Origin: an uncultured Clostridia bacterium
GTDB lineage: Bacteria; Bacillota; Clostridia; Christensenellales; Borkfalkiaceae
Direction: 5' to 3'
Length of the DNA stretch: 64,000 bases
NCBI GenBank assembly: GCA_944376335.1
Contig: CALWCH010000003.1
Span: 55,781 to 119,780 of the forward strand
Shown piece after piece: positions 55,709 through 64,000 of this stretch. Numbering within the stretch: position 1 is the stretch's first letter; each line of letters begins with the position of its first letter. The position numbers and the translations under genes were made by a program. The notes under the pieces are model-generated. The model was not told the origin of the DNA and ran no database searches. It worked only from the letters and a program-made list of their open reading frames with translations.

Positions 55709-58213
55709 ATGAAAACGCGCACGAAACCCATCATCGCCCTCATAGCGGCGCTCCTTTTATCGCTCCTTGCGGGGTGCTTCCTCTCCCTTCCCGGGGCACT
55801 CACGGCATCCGCCGTTGCGGCGCCCTCCCTCTTCCTTCCCGGCTCGTACGAGGAATACCTTCCCCTCTCCTTCCCCACGGACGCCGCAATGACGGAGGAC
55901 TACATCGCCGTTGCCGACGGCAGCACCCTCTATCTCTACGACCGCAGCGAGGGCAGCTACACCGCCTACACCCACCGCGGCAGCCTCTCCAAGCTTGCGT
56001 TCACCTCGGACGGCAGGCTGTTCTTCTCCGACCAGAACGCCCAGCTGTACCGCTACGACTTTTCGCGCGGCGAGGCGATCCTGCAGGAGAACGTTCCCTG
56101 CGCCACCTTCCTCATCGCGGAGAACACCCTCTACACGGCGGCGATCGCGAGCAATTCAACGACGCTGTATGCCATCCCGTGCGACAGCACCCAAATCTCC
56201 TTCGACCGTGCCGTACTCATCGACAACGTTCCCTCCCCCGCGGGCGCCTCTCCCCGCCTCGCCTACGAGAGCGGCATCCTCTACTGCGCGTTCAACCATC
56301 AGGTGTACGGCTATGCCCATTCTGAGACGGGCTACAGCCGTGAACCCCACTACCTTGCAGGCTCCTCCACGGACGTCACCGGCCTTTCGGCCTTTATCTC
56401 GCACGAGGGCGATTTCTACTACACCGTCAACGGCACGCTCGAGCGCGACGGGCTGTACCGCACCGTGCTCGACGGCAGCAGCGTCCGCCTCTTTGCGGGC
56501 AGCGGCTTTGTCGCCCTTCTCTCCTATAACGGCACCCTCTATGCCGTGCAGAACGGCTCTGTGCGCGCCTTTTCCCTCTCGGAGGACGCGGCATCCCTCA
56601 CGGGCTATGAAATAGGCGCGGGCTCTGACGCCCTCAACCGCATCTCGGATGCGGGCGAAACGGTGCGCGCGGGCGATCTCCTCGTCATTGCAGACGAGGG
56701 AAACCGCCGCGTGCTCGTCTACGACAGCTCGTCGGAGAGCTACACCGCCTACCCCACCGACGGCATTCCCGCCTGCGTCGCAACGGACGGCGACAGCTTC
56801 GCCGTCAGCGTCGGCAACGTCATCTATGTCTACGACCGCGGCGAGAGCAAGCCCCGCTATACCCACACGGCGGAGAGCACCGTCTCGGGCATCACCTCGG
56901 TGTACGGCACCTACTACTATGTGACCGAACACAGCTACTACGGCATCGCCGAGGAAGGCGTGCGCGAATTCCCCCGCTCGGGCACCTCCGTTCCCGTCGG
57001 CATCACGAGCGACCTTCTCGGCAACATCTATGTCGCGACCGCCGTCTCCCCGGGTCAGACCGCTCTCGTCTACCGCTATACCGAGAGTGAATTTATGGAC
57101 TACGCCGCCACGGGCACGCAGGTCGAGGGCTTCACGCTCCCCGGCAATTTCTGCTCCCTCCGCGCCGACTACGAGGGCAACCTCTACTACCTTTCGGGCA
57201 GCGCGCTCTATCAGAACGGCGCGCGGCTGGAGTCCTTCGACGTCTCCGCCGTCCTCTACCACGGCGGCGCAGCGGCGCCCTCGCCCGTCTCCTTCGCCCT
57301 CTCCTTCGAGGACGGCACCGTCTATCTCAACTACGGCGACTTCCTGCTCTCCGTCCCCCTCTCCTTCCCCAACCTCGGGGCAGTGCCCGCGGGCGGGCTC
57401 TACGAGCAGCTCCGCACCCCGGCGAGCGCAGACGCGCTCTCCTATGTCTCCGTCGCGGAGGGGGCTGTAGGCGTCGCCATCGACCTCACCGCGCTGAACA
57501 GCGAGAGCACCGCCTTCTCCTACGCCTCCCACAGCCGCATCAAGGGCGGCAGCGCGCTCGTCCTGGGCGAAACGGAGGAATTCCTGCTCATCGCCGTCTA
57601 CGAGGATCACGCCTACACGGTGATGCTCGTTCCCGAAGCAAACTGCACGCCCGTCCTCGCCTCCGCCGAGGAGGGAAGCGGCACCTACTTCATCTCGAGC
57701 GACGTCTCCCTCACGAGCAATCCTCTCGTCTTAGGCGCCCTCACCCTCACCTCGCTCCCGCGCGGCACCGCCGTCACCCTCCTTCACGAGGTCACGCCCC
57801 CTTCGGGCCCCGCCTATGCGGAGGTCTCCTACGGCGAAGGCGGCCGCGGCTACATTCCCCTTTCCTACCTCAGTACCGCCTCGCCCGATCTTCCCGAGAA
57901 CGACAGCTACAGCCTCGCCTATCTCAAGGCGGATGCAGACGGCGTCACCTTCTACGCCGCAGACAACAGAAACAACACCGTGCGCGTCACCGATCGCATC
58001 CAAGTCAAGGTCTACGAAGCGGAAAACGGCGCCCTCAACGTATGCTTCACCGACGAGGCGGGCACGCTATATACAGCACAGGTGACGGAGGATATGCTCG
58101 AGGCGGGCGGGGAAGACGCCCTCCGCATCAGCATCATCATCATTCTCTGCGTCATCGCCGTGGGCATCGGCGCGGCATATGTGCTTCTCGTGCCAAAGAA
58201 GAATAAAAAATGA
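55709..58213 (+). CDS. Envelope protein: lipobox signal, beta-propeller-like repeats, SH3b-like domain, C-terminal TM anchor; unknown
   Basis: Trimmed to ATG 55709, 834 aa. MKTRTKPIIALIAALLLSLLAGC. Many LY/YxYD beta-strand repeats (STLYLYD, AQLYRYD, GTLYAVQNG, VIYVYD, NLYYLSG). C-terminal IIIILCVIAVGIGAAYVLLVPKKNKK. Confidence 0.75.
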   Translation: MKTRTKPIIALIAALLLSLLAGCFLSLPGALTASAVAAPSLFLPGSYEEYLPLSFPTDAAMTEDYIAVADGSTLYLYDRSEGSYTAYTHRGSLSKLAFTSDGRLFFSDQNAQLYRYDFSRGEAILQENVPCATFLIAENTLYTAAIASNSTTLYAIPCDSTQISFDRAVLIDNVPSPAGASPRLAYESGILYCAFNHQVYGYAHSETGYSREPHYLAGSSTDVTGLSAFISHEGDFYYTVNGTLERDGLYRTVLDGSSVRLFAGSGFVALLSYNGTLYAVQNGSVRAFSLSEDAASLTGYEIGAGSDALNRISDAGETVRAGDLLVIADEGNRRVLVYDSSSESYTAYPTDGIPACVATDGDSFAVSVGNVIYVYDRGESKPRYTHTAESTVSGITSVYGTYYYVTEHSYYGIAEEGVREFPRSGTSVPVGITSDLLGNIYVATAVSPGQTALVYRYTESEFMDYAATGTQVEGFTLPGNFCSLRADYEGNLYYLSGSALYQNGARLESFDVSAVLYHGGAAAPSPVSFALSFEDGTVYLNYGDFLLSVPLSFPNLGAVPAGGLYEQLRTPASADALSYVSVAEGAVGVAIDLTALNSESTAFSYASHSRIKGGSALVLGETEEFLLIAVYEDHAYTVMLVPEANCTPVLASAEEGSGTYFISSDVSLTSNPLVLGALTLTSLPRGTAVTLLHEVTPPSGPAYAEVSYGEGGRGYIPLSYLSTASPDLPENDSYSLAYLKADADGVTFYAADNRNNTVRVTDRIQVKVYEAENGALNVCFTDEAGTLYTAQVTEDMLEAGGEDALRISIIIILCVIAVGIGAAYVLLVPKKNKK

Positions 58214-58283
58214 CGCACCCCTATTGACTTTGTCGAAAAAAGGTGCTAATATAGGTACGATCAAAATAGGATGGTGGAATAAA

Positions 58284-59279
58284 ATGCAATATCTCTCCCC
58301 TTTGGTGCCTCAGCGCGCCGACCCCTACCTGTACAAATTTAACAAGAAGTACTACTTCACCGGCACCTGCCCCGATTATGACCGCATCGAACTGCGCTGT
58401 GCAGACACGATCAACGGCATCGCGACGGCAACCCCGCGCACCATCTGGATGCGCCACAACACCGGCAAGATGGCCTCCCACATCTGGGCGCCCGAGATCC
58501 ACTACATCATGGGCAAATGGGTCATCTACTTCGCGGCGGGCGAGCTCCCGGGCATTTGGGACATCCGCCCCTATGCCCTCATCTGCGAGGGCGACGACCC
58601 GATGGAGGACAGCTGGGTGGAAGCGGGCATGATGCAGGCAGCCGAGGGCGACCCCTATTCCTTCACCGACTTCTCCCTCGACATGACGGTCTTTGAGCAC
58701 CGCGGCAAGTGGTACACCATCTGGGCACAGAAGGTGGGCACGGTCAACGGCATTTCCAATCTCTACATTGCCGAGCTCGAGACGCCCGTCAAGCTCCGCA
58801 CCGTGCAGGTGCTCTTGACGACGCCCGACTACGACTGGGAGCGCGACGGCGGCTTCTGGGTCAACGAGGGCCCCGCCGTCTTAAAGCATCACGGCAAAAT
58901 TTTCGTCACCTTCTCGGCATCCGCCACGGGCGCTTGCTACTGCATGGGCATGATGACGGCAGACCTCAACTCCGACCTTCTCGATCCCCTCTCCTGGAGA
59001 AAGAGCCGCTATCCCGTCCTGCAGACGGATGAGACGCTCAAAGTGTACGGCCCCGGCCACAACTGCTTTGTGCGCGGCGACGAGAACGAGCACTTAACGC
59101 TTCTCCACTTCCGCTCCTACGAGAAGATCACGGGCGACCCGCTCAACGACCACAACCGCCACGCGCACGTCATGAAGCTCAGCTTCGACGAGAACGACGC
59201 ACCCGTCTTCAAGCTCGACCCCAAGGCCATCTACAACACGCCCTTCATCAACGAGATCCAAAAGAACATCAACGATTAA
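58284..59279 (+). CDS. Glycoside hydrolase family 43-like (five-bladed propeller)
   Basis: Trimmed to ATG 58284, 331 aa. RADPYLYKFNKKYYFTG, HIWAPEIHYIMGKWVIYFAAG and GFWVNEGPAVLKHHGKIFVTFSAS are GH43-type strings. Confidence 0.82.
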   Translation: MQYLSPLVPQRADPYLYKFNKKYYFTGTCPDYDRIELRCADTINGIATATPRTIWMRHNTGKMASHIWAPEIHYIMGKWVIYFAAGELPGIWDIRPYALICEGDDPMEDSWVEAGMMQAAEGDPYSFTDFSLDMTVFEHRGKWYTIWAQKVGTVNGISNLYIAELETPVKLRTVQVLLTTPDYDWERDGGFWVNEGPAVLKHHGKIFVTFSASATGACYCMGMMTADLNSDLLDPLSWRKSRYPVLQTDETLKVYGPGHNCFVRGDENEHLTLLHFRSYEKITGDPLNDHNRHAHVMKLSFDENDAPVFKLDPKAIYNTPFINEIQKNIND

Positions 59280-59287
59280 ATTTTCAT

Positions 59288-59361
59288 GCGAAAAGCCCGC
59301 CTGTCGGCGGGCTTTTCGCATGAAAGAAGGCGCGGGCGCTTTTTGCAAGCGCCCGCGCCTT
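59288..59361. terminator. Two tandem hairpins forming a bidirectional terminator between convergent GH43 and asparaginase genes
   Basis: 14-bp stem gcgaaaagcccgcc/ggcgggcttttcgc (59288-59319). 13-bp stem aaggcgcgggcgc/gcgcccgcgcctt (59327-59361). Confidence 0.75.
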
Positions 59362-59419
59362 CGGGTACAACACATATCATTTCCGACCATGCGATACGAA
59401 ATGCTGCTATGAAGTTTTC

Positions 59420-60430
59420 TCAAAAGATATCGTACTCGACGGGCGTTCTGAAATACTTCTCCGCCGCCTTCCCCCTTCTGCCGTCCGCGAGCGCGGCCAT
59501 CAGCTTGACATACGCCGCCTCTAAGGTCATGCAGCGCGCCTCGATGACATTCTCGCAGGAAAGCAGCCTTCTCCCCACCGCATAGGCGCCGAGGGCGCTC
59601 CCCTCGCGCTCCACCTGCGTCGTGATGACGACGAGCTTTCCCGCCTCGGCAAGCCGCCTGACGGCCAAAAAGCAGGCGTCCTCGCGATAGGCAGGTAGCC
59701 CGCCCGAGCCGAACGTCTCCAAAATCAGCCCGTCGACCTTATCTTCGAGGTAATCGAAGATGCCCGCATCCAGCCCGGGTGTCAGTTTCAGAACGAACAC
59801 CCGCTCGTTGAGCACATGCAAGAAAGCGGGGCTGCCGTGCGGCTTGTCGCCGCGGAGATAATAGAAGGGCGCGCCGTCCCGCATGACGGCAACTTCGGGG
59901 AAATCGACGCTCGAAAAGGCATTGTAGCTCCTCGTCCGCGTCTTTCTCGCGCGCGTGCCCAAAATGACGTTCCCGTCAAACACGATGCGCACGCCGTATG
60001 CCCCGTCGTCCGCGCAGAACCGGAACGCATCATATAAGTTCCGCCGCGCGTCGGTATCGCGCAAATACGCAGACTTCTGCGAACCCGTCAGAACGACGGG
60101 CTTCCTGCTCCTTTCCACCAAATATGAGAGCGCCGCCGCGGTGTACGCCATCGTGTCCGTGCCGTGGGTGACGACGAACCCGTCGTAACTTCTATAGTTT
60201 TCCTCGATGAGCGCGGCAATTTTCAGCCAGTGCGGGCAGTAGACGTCCGTACTGTCCAAATTGAAGGGCTGCACCGTCTCCACCGAGCAGAACTCGGCGA
60301 TCTCGGGCACACATTCGAGGAGCTCTTCAGAGGTCATCGCGGGCGCGAGCCCACTCTCCGTCTGCTTGGAGGCGATCGTGCCGCCCGTGGCGATCATGAG
60401 CAATTTTTTCTTGGTCTTTTGAAACAGCAT
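59420..60430 (-). CDS. L-asparaginase (type I family)
   Basis: Trimmed to ATG 60428-60430, 336 aa. LLMIATGGTIAS and VVTHGTDTMAYTAAALS catalytic-Thr motifs. Confidence 0.88.
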   Translation of the reverse strand: MLFQKTKKKLLMIATGGTIASKQTESGLAPAMTSEELLECVPEIAEFCSVETVQPFNLDSTDVYCPHWLKIAALIEENYRSYDGFVVTHGTDTMAYTAAALSYLVERSRKPVVLTGSQKSAYLRDTDARRNLYDAFRFCADDGAYGVRIVFDGNVILGTRARKTRTRSYNAFSSVDFPEVAVMRDGAPFYYLRGDKPHGSPAFLHVLNERVFVLKLTPGLDAGIFDYLEDKVDGLILETFGSGGLPAYREDACFLAVRRLAEAGKLVVITTQVEREGSALGAYAVGRRLLSCENVIEARCMTLEAAYVKLMAALADGRRGKAAEKYFRTPVEYDIF

Positions 60431-60431
60431 A

Positions 60432-61052
60432 TTACCTGAGTTTCCTCTTGAGCGCCTCCAAAACGCCCCTTTCATACCCCAAATCTAAGAGATACCACTC
60501 CGCACCGCGGGGCGATACCGGCCTCTTCACCTTCGCCCCCGCAAGCTCCAAAAGGCAGTTTGCAAGCGGGATAAGGGCTTGCTCTTCCCCCGCCAAAAGC
60601 GCCCCTTCGGGCATCTTCGCGAGCCGCGCAAACAGCGCAAACGTCTCTTCCCGCGCAAAGAAGTCCTCCCTCGTCGGCACGCAGACGGTCTCAAAGCCGT
60701 ACGGCGCACCCTCAGGCGGCTCCCCGAAGAGGCAGGCAAACGCCCCGAAGCGCGTGAACCGCTTCCCGTCATACCGCACTCCGCCCAGCTCCAAACACGT
60801 CCGCCCCTCCCAAACAAAGGAGCGTGCCCCGAGGGGCGCCCGAACGTACTTGATGAGCCGCACATCGTAGGGTGCATCTTCCTCTTTCGCCTCGAGGACG
60901 CGCTCCACGCGGGCACACTGCAATCTATCGTGCGAGCCCACGGGCGCCAGCACCCGCTCCCCCGCCTTCACGGCAAAGTCCGCGCGGTACCAATACACGC
61001 GGTCCGCAATATTTTCGTCCTCCGTAAAGCGGAGGGCGGCAAACGTCACCAT
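60432..61052 (-). CDS. Hypothetical protein
   Basis: Trimmed to ATG 61050-61052 (7-nt overlap ATGGTGA with upstream stop), 206 aa. N-terminal RVYWYRADFAVKAGERVLAPVG beta-barrel-like string. No recognisable catalytic motif. Confidence 0.55.
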   Translation of the reverse strand: MVTFAALRFTEDENIADRVYWYRADFAVKAGERVLAPVGSHDRLQCARVERVLEAKEEDAPYDVRLIKYVRAPLGARSFVWEGRTCLELGGVRYDGKRFTRFGAFACLFGEPPEGAPYGFETVCVPTREDFFAREETFALFARLAKMPEGALLAGEEQALIPLANCLLELAGAKVKRPVSPRGAEWYLLDLGYERGVLEALKRKLR

Positions 61053-61840
61053 TCGTTGGGGAAGGGCGGATGTTTCTCCATCCACCAGTCCTCATAGTAG
61101 TGCACATACGCCGAGCAATTCGCACTCACGTCCTCGGTAAGCGGCAATTTGCTCTCCTTCCAAAACGCCGTCACGAACGCCTCGCACCTCTCCGCGGAGA
61201 TGTCCTTCAAAAACGCCCCGCCCAGCTCCAAAATGTTCTCGGGGCGATGCGAACACGTCCGCACGGCATCTTCCAAGCGGCGGTTGCAGGGGAAGAGCAT
61301 GCGGTTTTCAAGCAAGATGAGCCTGTACACCGAATAGACGATCTCCTGCGCCAGGTGCGCCCGCATATAGGCGTTGTCCTCCTTCACGCAGTGCAAAAAA
61401 TACCCGCGGTTCAATTGCAAATTGCTGTTGAAACAGCGAAGCTTCCCCTCAACCTCGTGTTCGGGATAGGCGGCAATCTTGTCGACAAGCCCCTGGATAT
61501 CCTTATCCGTCGAATAGAGCGCCACGGCGTCGCGGTAGGCGTTGCGCGTGGGCTCGGAGGCAAACTCCGCGGCAAGCAGCAGTACTTCCTTGCTCTTGAA
61601 TTTGACGTCGAAATACCCGCCTTCATAGGTGCAGTGCCCCGTGACGACTTCCGCAAGCCTGTTCTCCCGCTTGCGCTTTTCGTACTCCGCCTGCGTCACG
61701 ACGATGATGGCGTCGAGATCGGAATCGGGCCGCGCGTTGCCGTGCATCACCGACCCGCCCACGACGACGGCGATAACGCCCTCCATCGCGGAATAGTAGT
61801 CTATGAGCCTCTTCATGCTCTCTTCATGGTGTTTGAGCAT
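61046..61840 (-). CDS. Nucleotidyltransferase-fold protein (KNTase/ANT(4')-like architecture)
   Basis: 264 aa. Pol-beta-type NTase motif GGSVMHGNARPDSDLDAIIVV followed by a helical C-domain. Start lies 17 nt inside the GIY-YIG gene. Confidence 0.7.
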   Translation of the reverse strand: MLKHHEESMKRLIDYYSAMEGVIAVVVGGSVMHGNARPDSDLDAIIVVTQAEYEKRKRENRLAEVVTGHCTYEGGYFDVKFKSKEVLLLAAEFASEPTRNAYRDAVALYSTDKDIQGLVDKIAAYPEHEVEGKLRCFNSNLQLNRGYFLHCVKEDNAYMRAHLAQEIVYSVYRLILLENRMLFPCNRRLEDAVRTCSHRPENILELGGAFLKDISAERCEAFVTAFWKESKLPLTEDVSANCSAYVHYYEDWWMEKHPPFPNEW

Positions 61841-62099
61841 CGCTCCCCCCTTCGATGAGCGCCCGCTTCTCGGCGTGCGTCAGCTGTTTTAAGTGCCACT
61901 CCCTGCTTCTCGCCTCGTGCTCCGAGGCGAACGTTTCATAGTAGACAAGGCAAACGGGCAGGCGGCTTCTCGTGTACTTCGCCCCCTTGCCCGCGTTATG
62001 GCGCTTCACGCGCTCCTCTAAATGCGTTGTAAAGCCCGCGTAATAGCTCCCGTCAGCACAGGAAAGCAGATACGCGTAATAAATCTCACTCGTCCTCAT
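61824..62099 (-). CDS. GIY-YIG domain protein (UPF0213/YhbQ-like small nuclease family)
   Basis: Trimmed to ATG 62097-62099, 91 aa. YYAYLLSCADGSYYAGFTTHLEERVKRHN...YYETFASEHEARSREWHLKQ. Confidence 0.8.
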   Translation of the reverse strand: MRTSEIYYAYLLSCADGSYYAGFTTHLEERVKRHNAGKGAKYTRSRLPVCLVYYETFASEHEARSREWHLKQLTHAEKRALIEGGSDAQTP

Positions 62100-63426
62100 G
62101 CTCCTCGGGCACGTCCTCTTCCTCGGGCTGTCCTTCGTCAGAGGCTTGCACTTCGGGCGTCTCCACAGGTGCGGGACTCCCATCCCCCTGCCACGAGCGC
62201 ACGATGCTCTCGATCTGCCCCGAGGGAGCTGCATTCTCCTCTGCCTGCCTGCGCGAACGCTTCATCTCCGCGGAGCAGGCGACGATAACGGCGATCAGGA
62301 AGGCGACGATAAATCCGCCGACCGCAACGATGACGGGGCTCACACCGCCCGAGACGACGGCGCGGTTGGTGGAGAAATGCACGGCGGACTCCTGCTCATA
62401 GAGGGCGACGGAGACGGCCTTCACCGTTTCCGCAGCCGACTGCACGCGCTCGTAGAGCGTGTCGATGCGCGCCTCAAATGCCGTGATATTCTCCTCGGTG
62501 AGGGAATCCATCTCGTTTTCGATCTCCACGTTCCTCACCATGAGCTCGGCGATCATCTCCTGCACGGCATTGTCGGGAATGGAGGAAGAGGCGAGCATCT
62601 CGCGGAGCGTTTGGATCTTCTCCTCGTTGAGCCTCTGCTCGCGCTGGAGATCGGAAATGCGGGCGTCCAGCTCGTCGAGGGGAACATACCCGCGCGTCTC
62701 AAGCTCTTCGTCGAGAGCGTCGAGGGTGCTCGAACTGCAGGCAACGGCAGCCTCCGCGCGGTAGGTCGAGAGCGCCTTGCCCCCCACCGAATACCCTGCG
62801 CGGTAGTCGTCGATCCACTCGTCATAGACGGAGAGAATGTTCTCGCCCGCCTCCCTCAGAAGGGCAAGCTTGTCCTCGAAGGATGCCACCGAAAAGACGT
62901 CCTCGTCAATGGTATAGCTGATGCTCTCCGCCTTCTGCTTCACGCTATCGACGGCTGTCTGCGCCACGGCGCGGATGAACGCCTGCGCCGTCTCGCGCGA
63001 GGAAAAGTACTTCCCCTCGACGACGATGGTGTAGTTGCCCGTCTGCAGATAGACGCCGTCGGGCGCGGTAAATTCCGCCGTCACCGAGATGTCATCCTCG
63101 CGGATCATCCCATCCACGTCGACAGAGCCAAACCGCTCATCCGAGGCCTTGGCGCGAGCGAGCGCGTCGTAAGAGACGAACTCGCGGTAGGAAAACGCCG
63201 AGCCGTCGGGGTATTTGTGCGTCTCGCTCCCCGGGAAGGTGAGGTAAAAGCTCATCGAATACTGTGTGTCAAGCGGATTGACGACAAAGACAAAGAGAAG
63301 CGTCAGCGCCGCGGCAAAGAGAACGGAAGAAATGAGCACCGCCCAGATGTGCTTGAATGTCATGCGGCACACCTCACCGATGGTCACGCCTTCCTCGTGC
63401 ATAGGTCGTATCGTTTGTTCTTGCAT
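62086..63426 (-). CDS. Bitopic/two-TM envelope protein with coiled-coil ectodomain, Wzz (chain-length-determinant)-like; acidic C-tail
   Basis: 446 aa from ATG 63424-63426. The ORF track uses GTG 63495, so the start is uncertain. TM1 IWAVLISSVLFAAALTLLFVFVV, TM2 VIVAVGGFIVAFLIAVIVA. Long helical region. C-terminal EVQASDEGQPEEEDVPEEHEDE. Confidence 0.5.
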   Translation of the reverse strand: MQEQTIRPMHEEGVTIGEVCRMTFKHIWAVLISSVLFAAALTLLFVFVVNPLDTQYSMSFYLTFPGSETHKYPDGSAFSYREFVSYDALARAKASDERFGSVDVDGMIREDDISVTAEFTAPDGVYLQTGNYTIVVEGKYFSSRETAQAFIRAVAQTAVDSVKQKAESISYTIDEDVFSVASFEDKLALLREAGENILSVYDEWIDDYRAGYSVGGKALSTYRAEAAVACSSSTLDALDEELETRGYVPLDELDARISDLQREQRLNEEKIQTLREMLASSSIPDNAVQEMIAELMVRNVEIENEMDSLTEENITAFEARIDTLYERVQSAAETVKAVSVALYEQESAVHFSTNRAVVSGGVSPVIVAVGGFIVAFLIAVIVACSAEMKRSRRQAEENAAPSGQIESIVRSWQGDGSPAPVETPEVQASDEGQPEEEDVPEEHEDE

Positions 63427-63505
63427 GGTATCGTATTTACTCCGGTCTGTTTTTATGATTTTGCGCCTGTCTGCGCGTTTCTTTGATGCAGGCACTTTCG
63501 CCCGC

Positions 63506-64000
63506 TCACTTTCCCCTTACCGCCTCGCGGAGGGCGGCAATGGCGCTCGCCCTGCCGTCCGCGCCCGTCTTTTCGTAGATGGACGAGATATAGTTGCGCG
63601 CCGTGCCGTCGGAAAGCTTTAATGCCGCCGCGATCTGCTTGTTGGTAAACCCGTCGCACAGCATGAGCGCGATCTCCGTCTCTCTGTCCGAGAGCGAAAA
63701 GGCGCGCTTTAATTTGAGCTCCCTGTCCCCCGCCACCATGCGGGCGGCATCGGCGATGTGCCGTGCGATCTTGGCGGGGAGGATGATATCCCCATTATAG
63801 GCATTCTTGATGGAATCGATGAGCACGGAGGCGGAGGTATCCTTCAGGAGATATCCGCTCGCCCCGTTGTTGATGGCGCCCAAAATATAGTCGCTGTCAT
63901 CGAATGTCGTCAGAACGAGCACCTTTACGTCGGGCTGCTGCCGCTTTATCTGCTGCGTGGAGATGACCCCGTTCATCACGGGCATGCGGATGTCCATGAG
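63506..64000 (-). CDS. LuxR/NarL-family response regulator (N-terminus beyond window end)
   Basis: Receiver-domain fragment ...MDIRMPVMNGV...VLVLTTFDD...GASGYLLKD, then a LuxR HTH LSDRETEIALMLCDGFTNKQIAAALKLSDGTARNYISSIYEK. The frame stays open to the window edge. Confidence 0.85.
   Translation of the reverse strand, partial: LMDIRMPVMNGVISTQQIKRQQPDVKVLVLTTFDDSDYILGAINNGASGYLLKDTSASVLIDSIKNAYNGDIILPAKIARHIADAARMVAGDRELKLKRAFSLSDRETEIALMLCDGFTNKQIAAALKLSDGTARNYISSIYEKTGADGRASAIAALREAVRGK

Noticed and set aside
61046-61840. Calling the 264-aa nucleotidyltransferase an aminoglycoside or lincosamide resistance gene (ANT/Lnu).
   Set aside because: Only the generic G-S-x(n)-D-x-D NTase motif and overall size and architecture match. 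I see no family-specific similarity to AadA, ANT(4'), ANT(6) or Lnu sequences as I remember them. A CARD/ResFinder search is required before any resistance claim.

Overview
GC-rich (judged by eye, not computed) chromosomal segment with Clostridia-type content: spoVAC, cwlD and Gram-positive lipoproteins. It holds about 55 genes. Almost all are on the minus strand and many are translationally coupled through ATGA/GTGA/TTGA overlaps. Left to right: (1) A housekeeping block cobB-miaB-mutS-mutL-miaA-PLP enzyme (1-8302), plus a divergent class A PBP (8409-10571). (2) A ~15 kb Gram-positive glycan-utilisation locus (10645-25974). It contains a GH78-like enzyme, a 923-aa GH, a LacI regulator, a 1220-aa repetitive membrane-anchored surface protein, an 822-aa lipoprotein and a sugar ABC importer. 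An identical 16-nt operator-like palindrome sits at two places in the locus. (3) thiI, a cysteine desulfurase, a small membrane protein, and an arginine/carbamoyl-phosphate super-cluster argG-argC-argJ-argB-argD-argF-carA-carB. Here carB is fused in frame to a complete dapF. (4) Acyl-ACP thioesterase, cwlD, a MacB/FtsX-type ABC exporter, a DUF1858-like protein and an orphan spoVAC. (5) An ~8.7 kb phage-derived head/neck module: TerL, portal, scaffold-like protein, capsid, three neck-position unknowns and an HTH-like protein. No integrase, replication, lysis or long-tail genes are visible anywhere in the window. An opposite-strand secreted-protein gene interrupts the module and overlaps the HTH gene by 172 nt. 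(6) An 834-aa lipobox/beta-propeller-like/C-terminal-TM protein with a leaderless-type promoter, followed by a GH43. (7) A tightly coupled operon: response regulator, Wzz-like protein, GIY-YIG, KNTase-like nucleotidyltransferase, unknown, asparaginase. I recognised no rRNA, tRNA, CRISPR array, transposase or integrase. All functional calls come from reading motifs in the supplied translations; no database search was run. Many ORF-track starts are longest-ORF artefacts (including GTG/TTG starts), and I trimmed them using RBS and coupling context.
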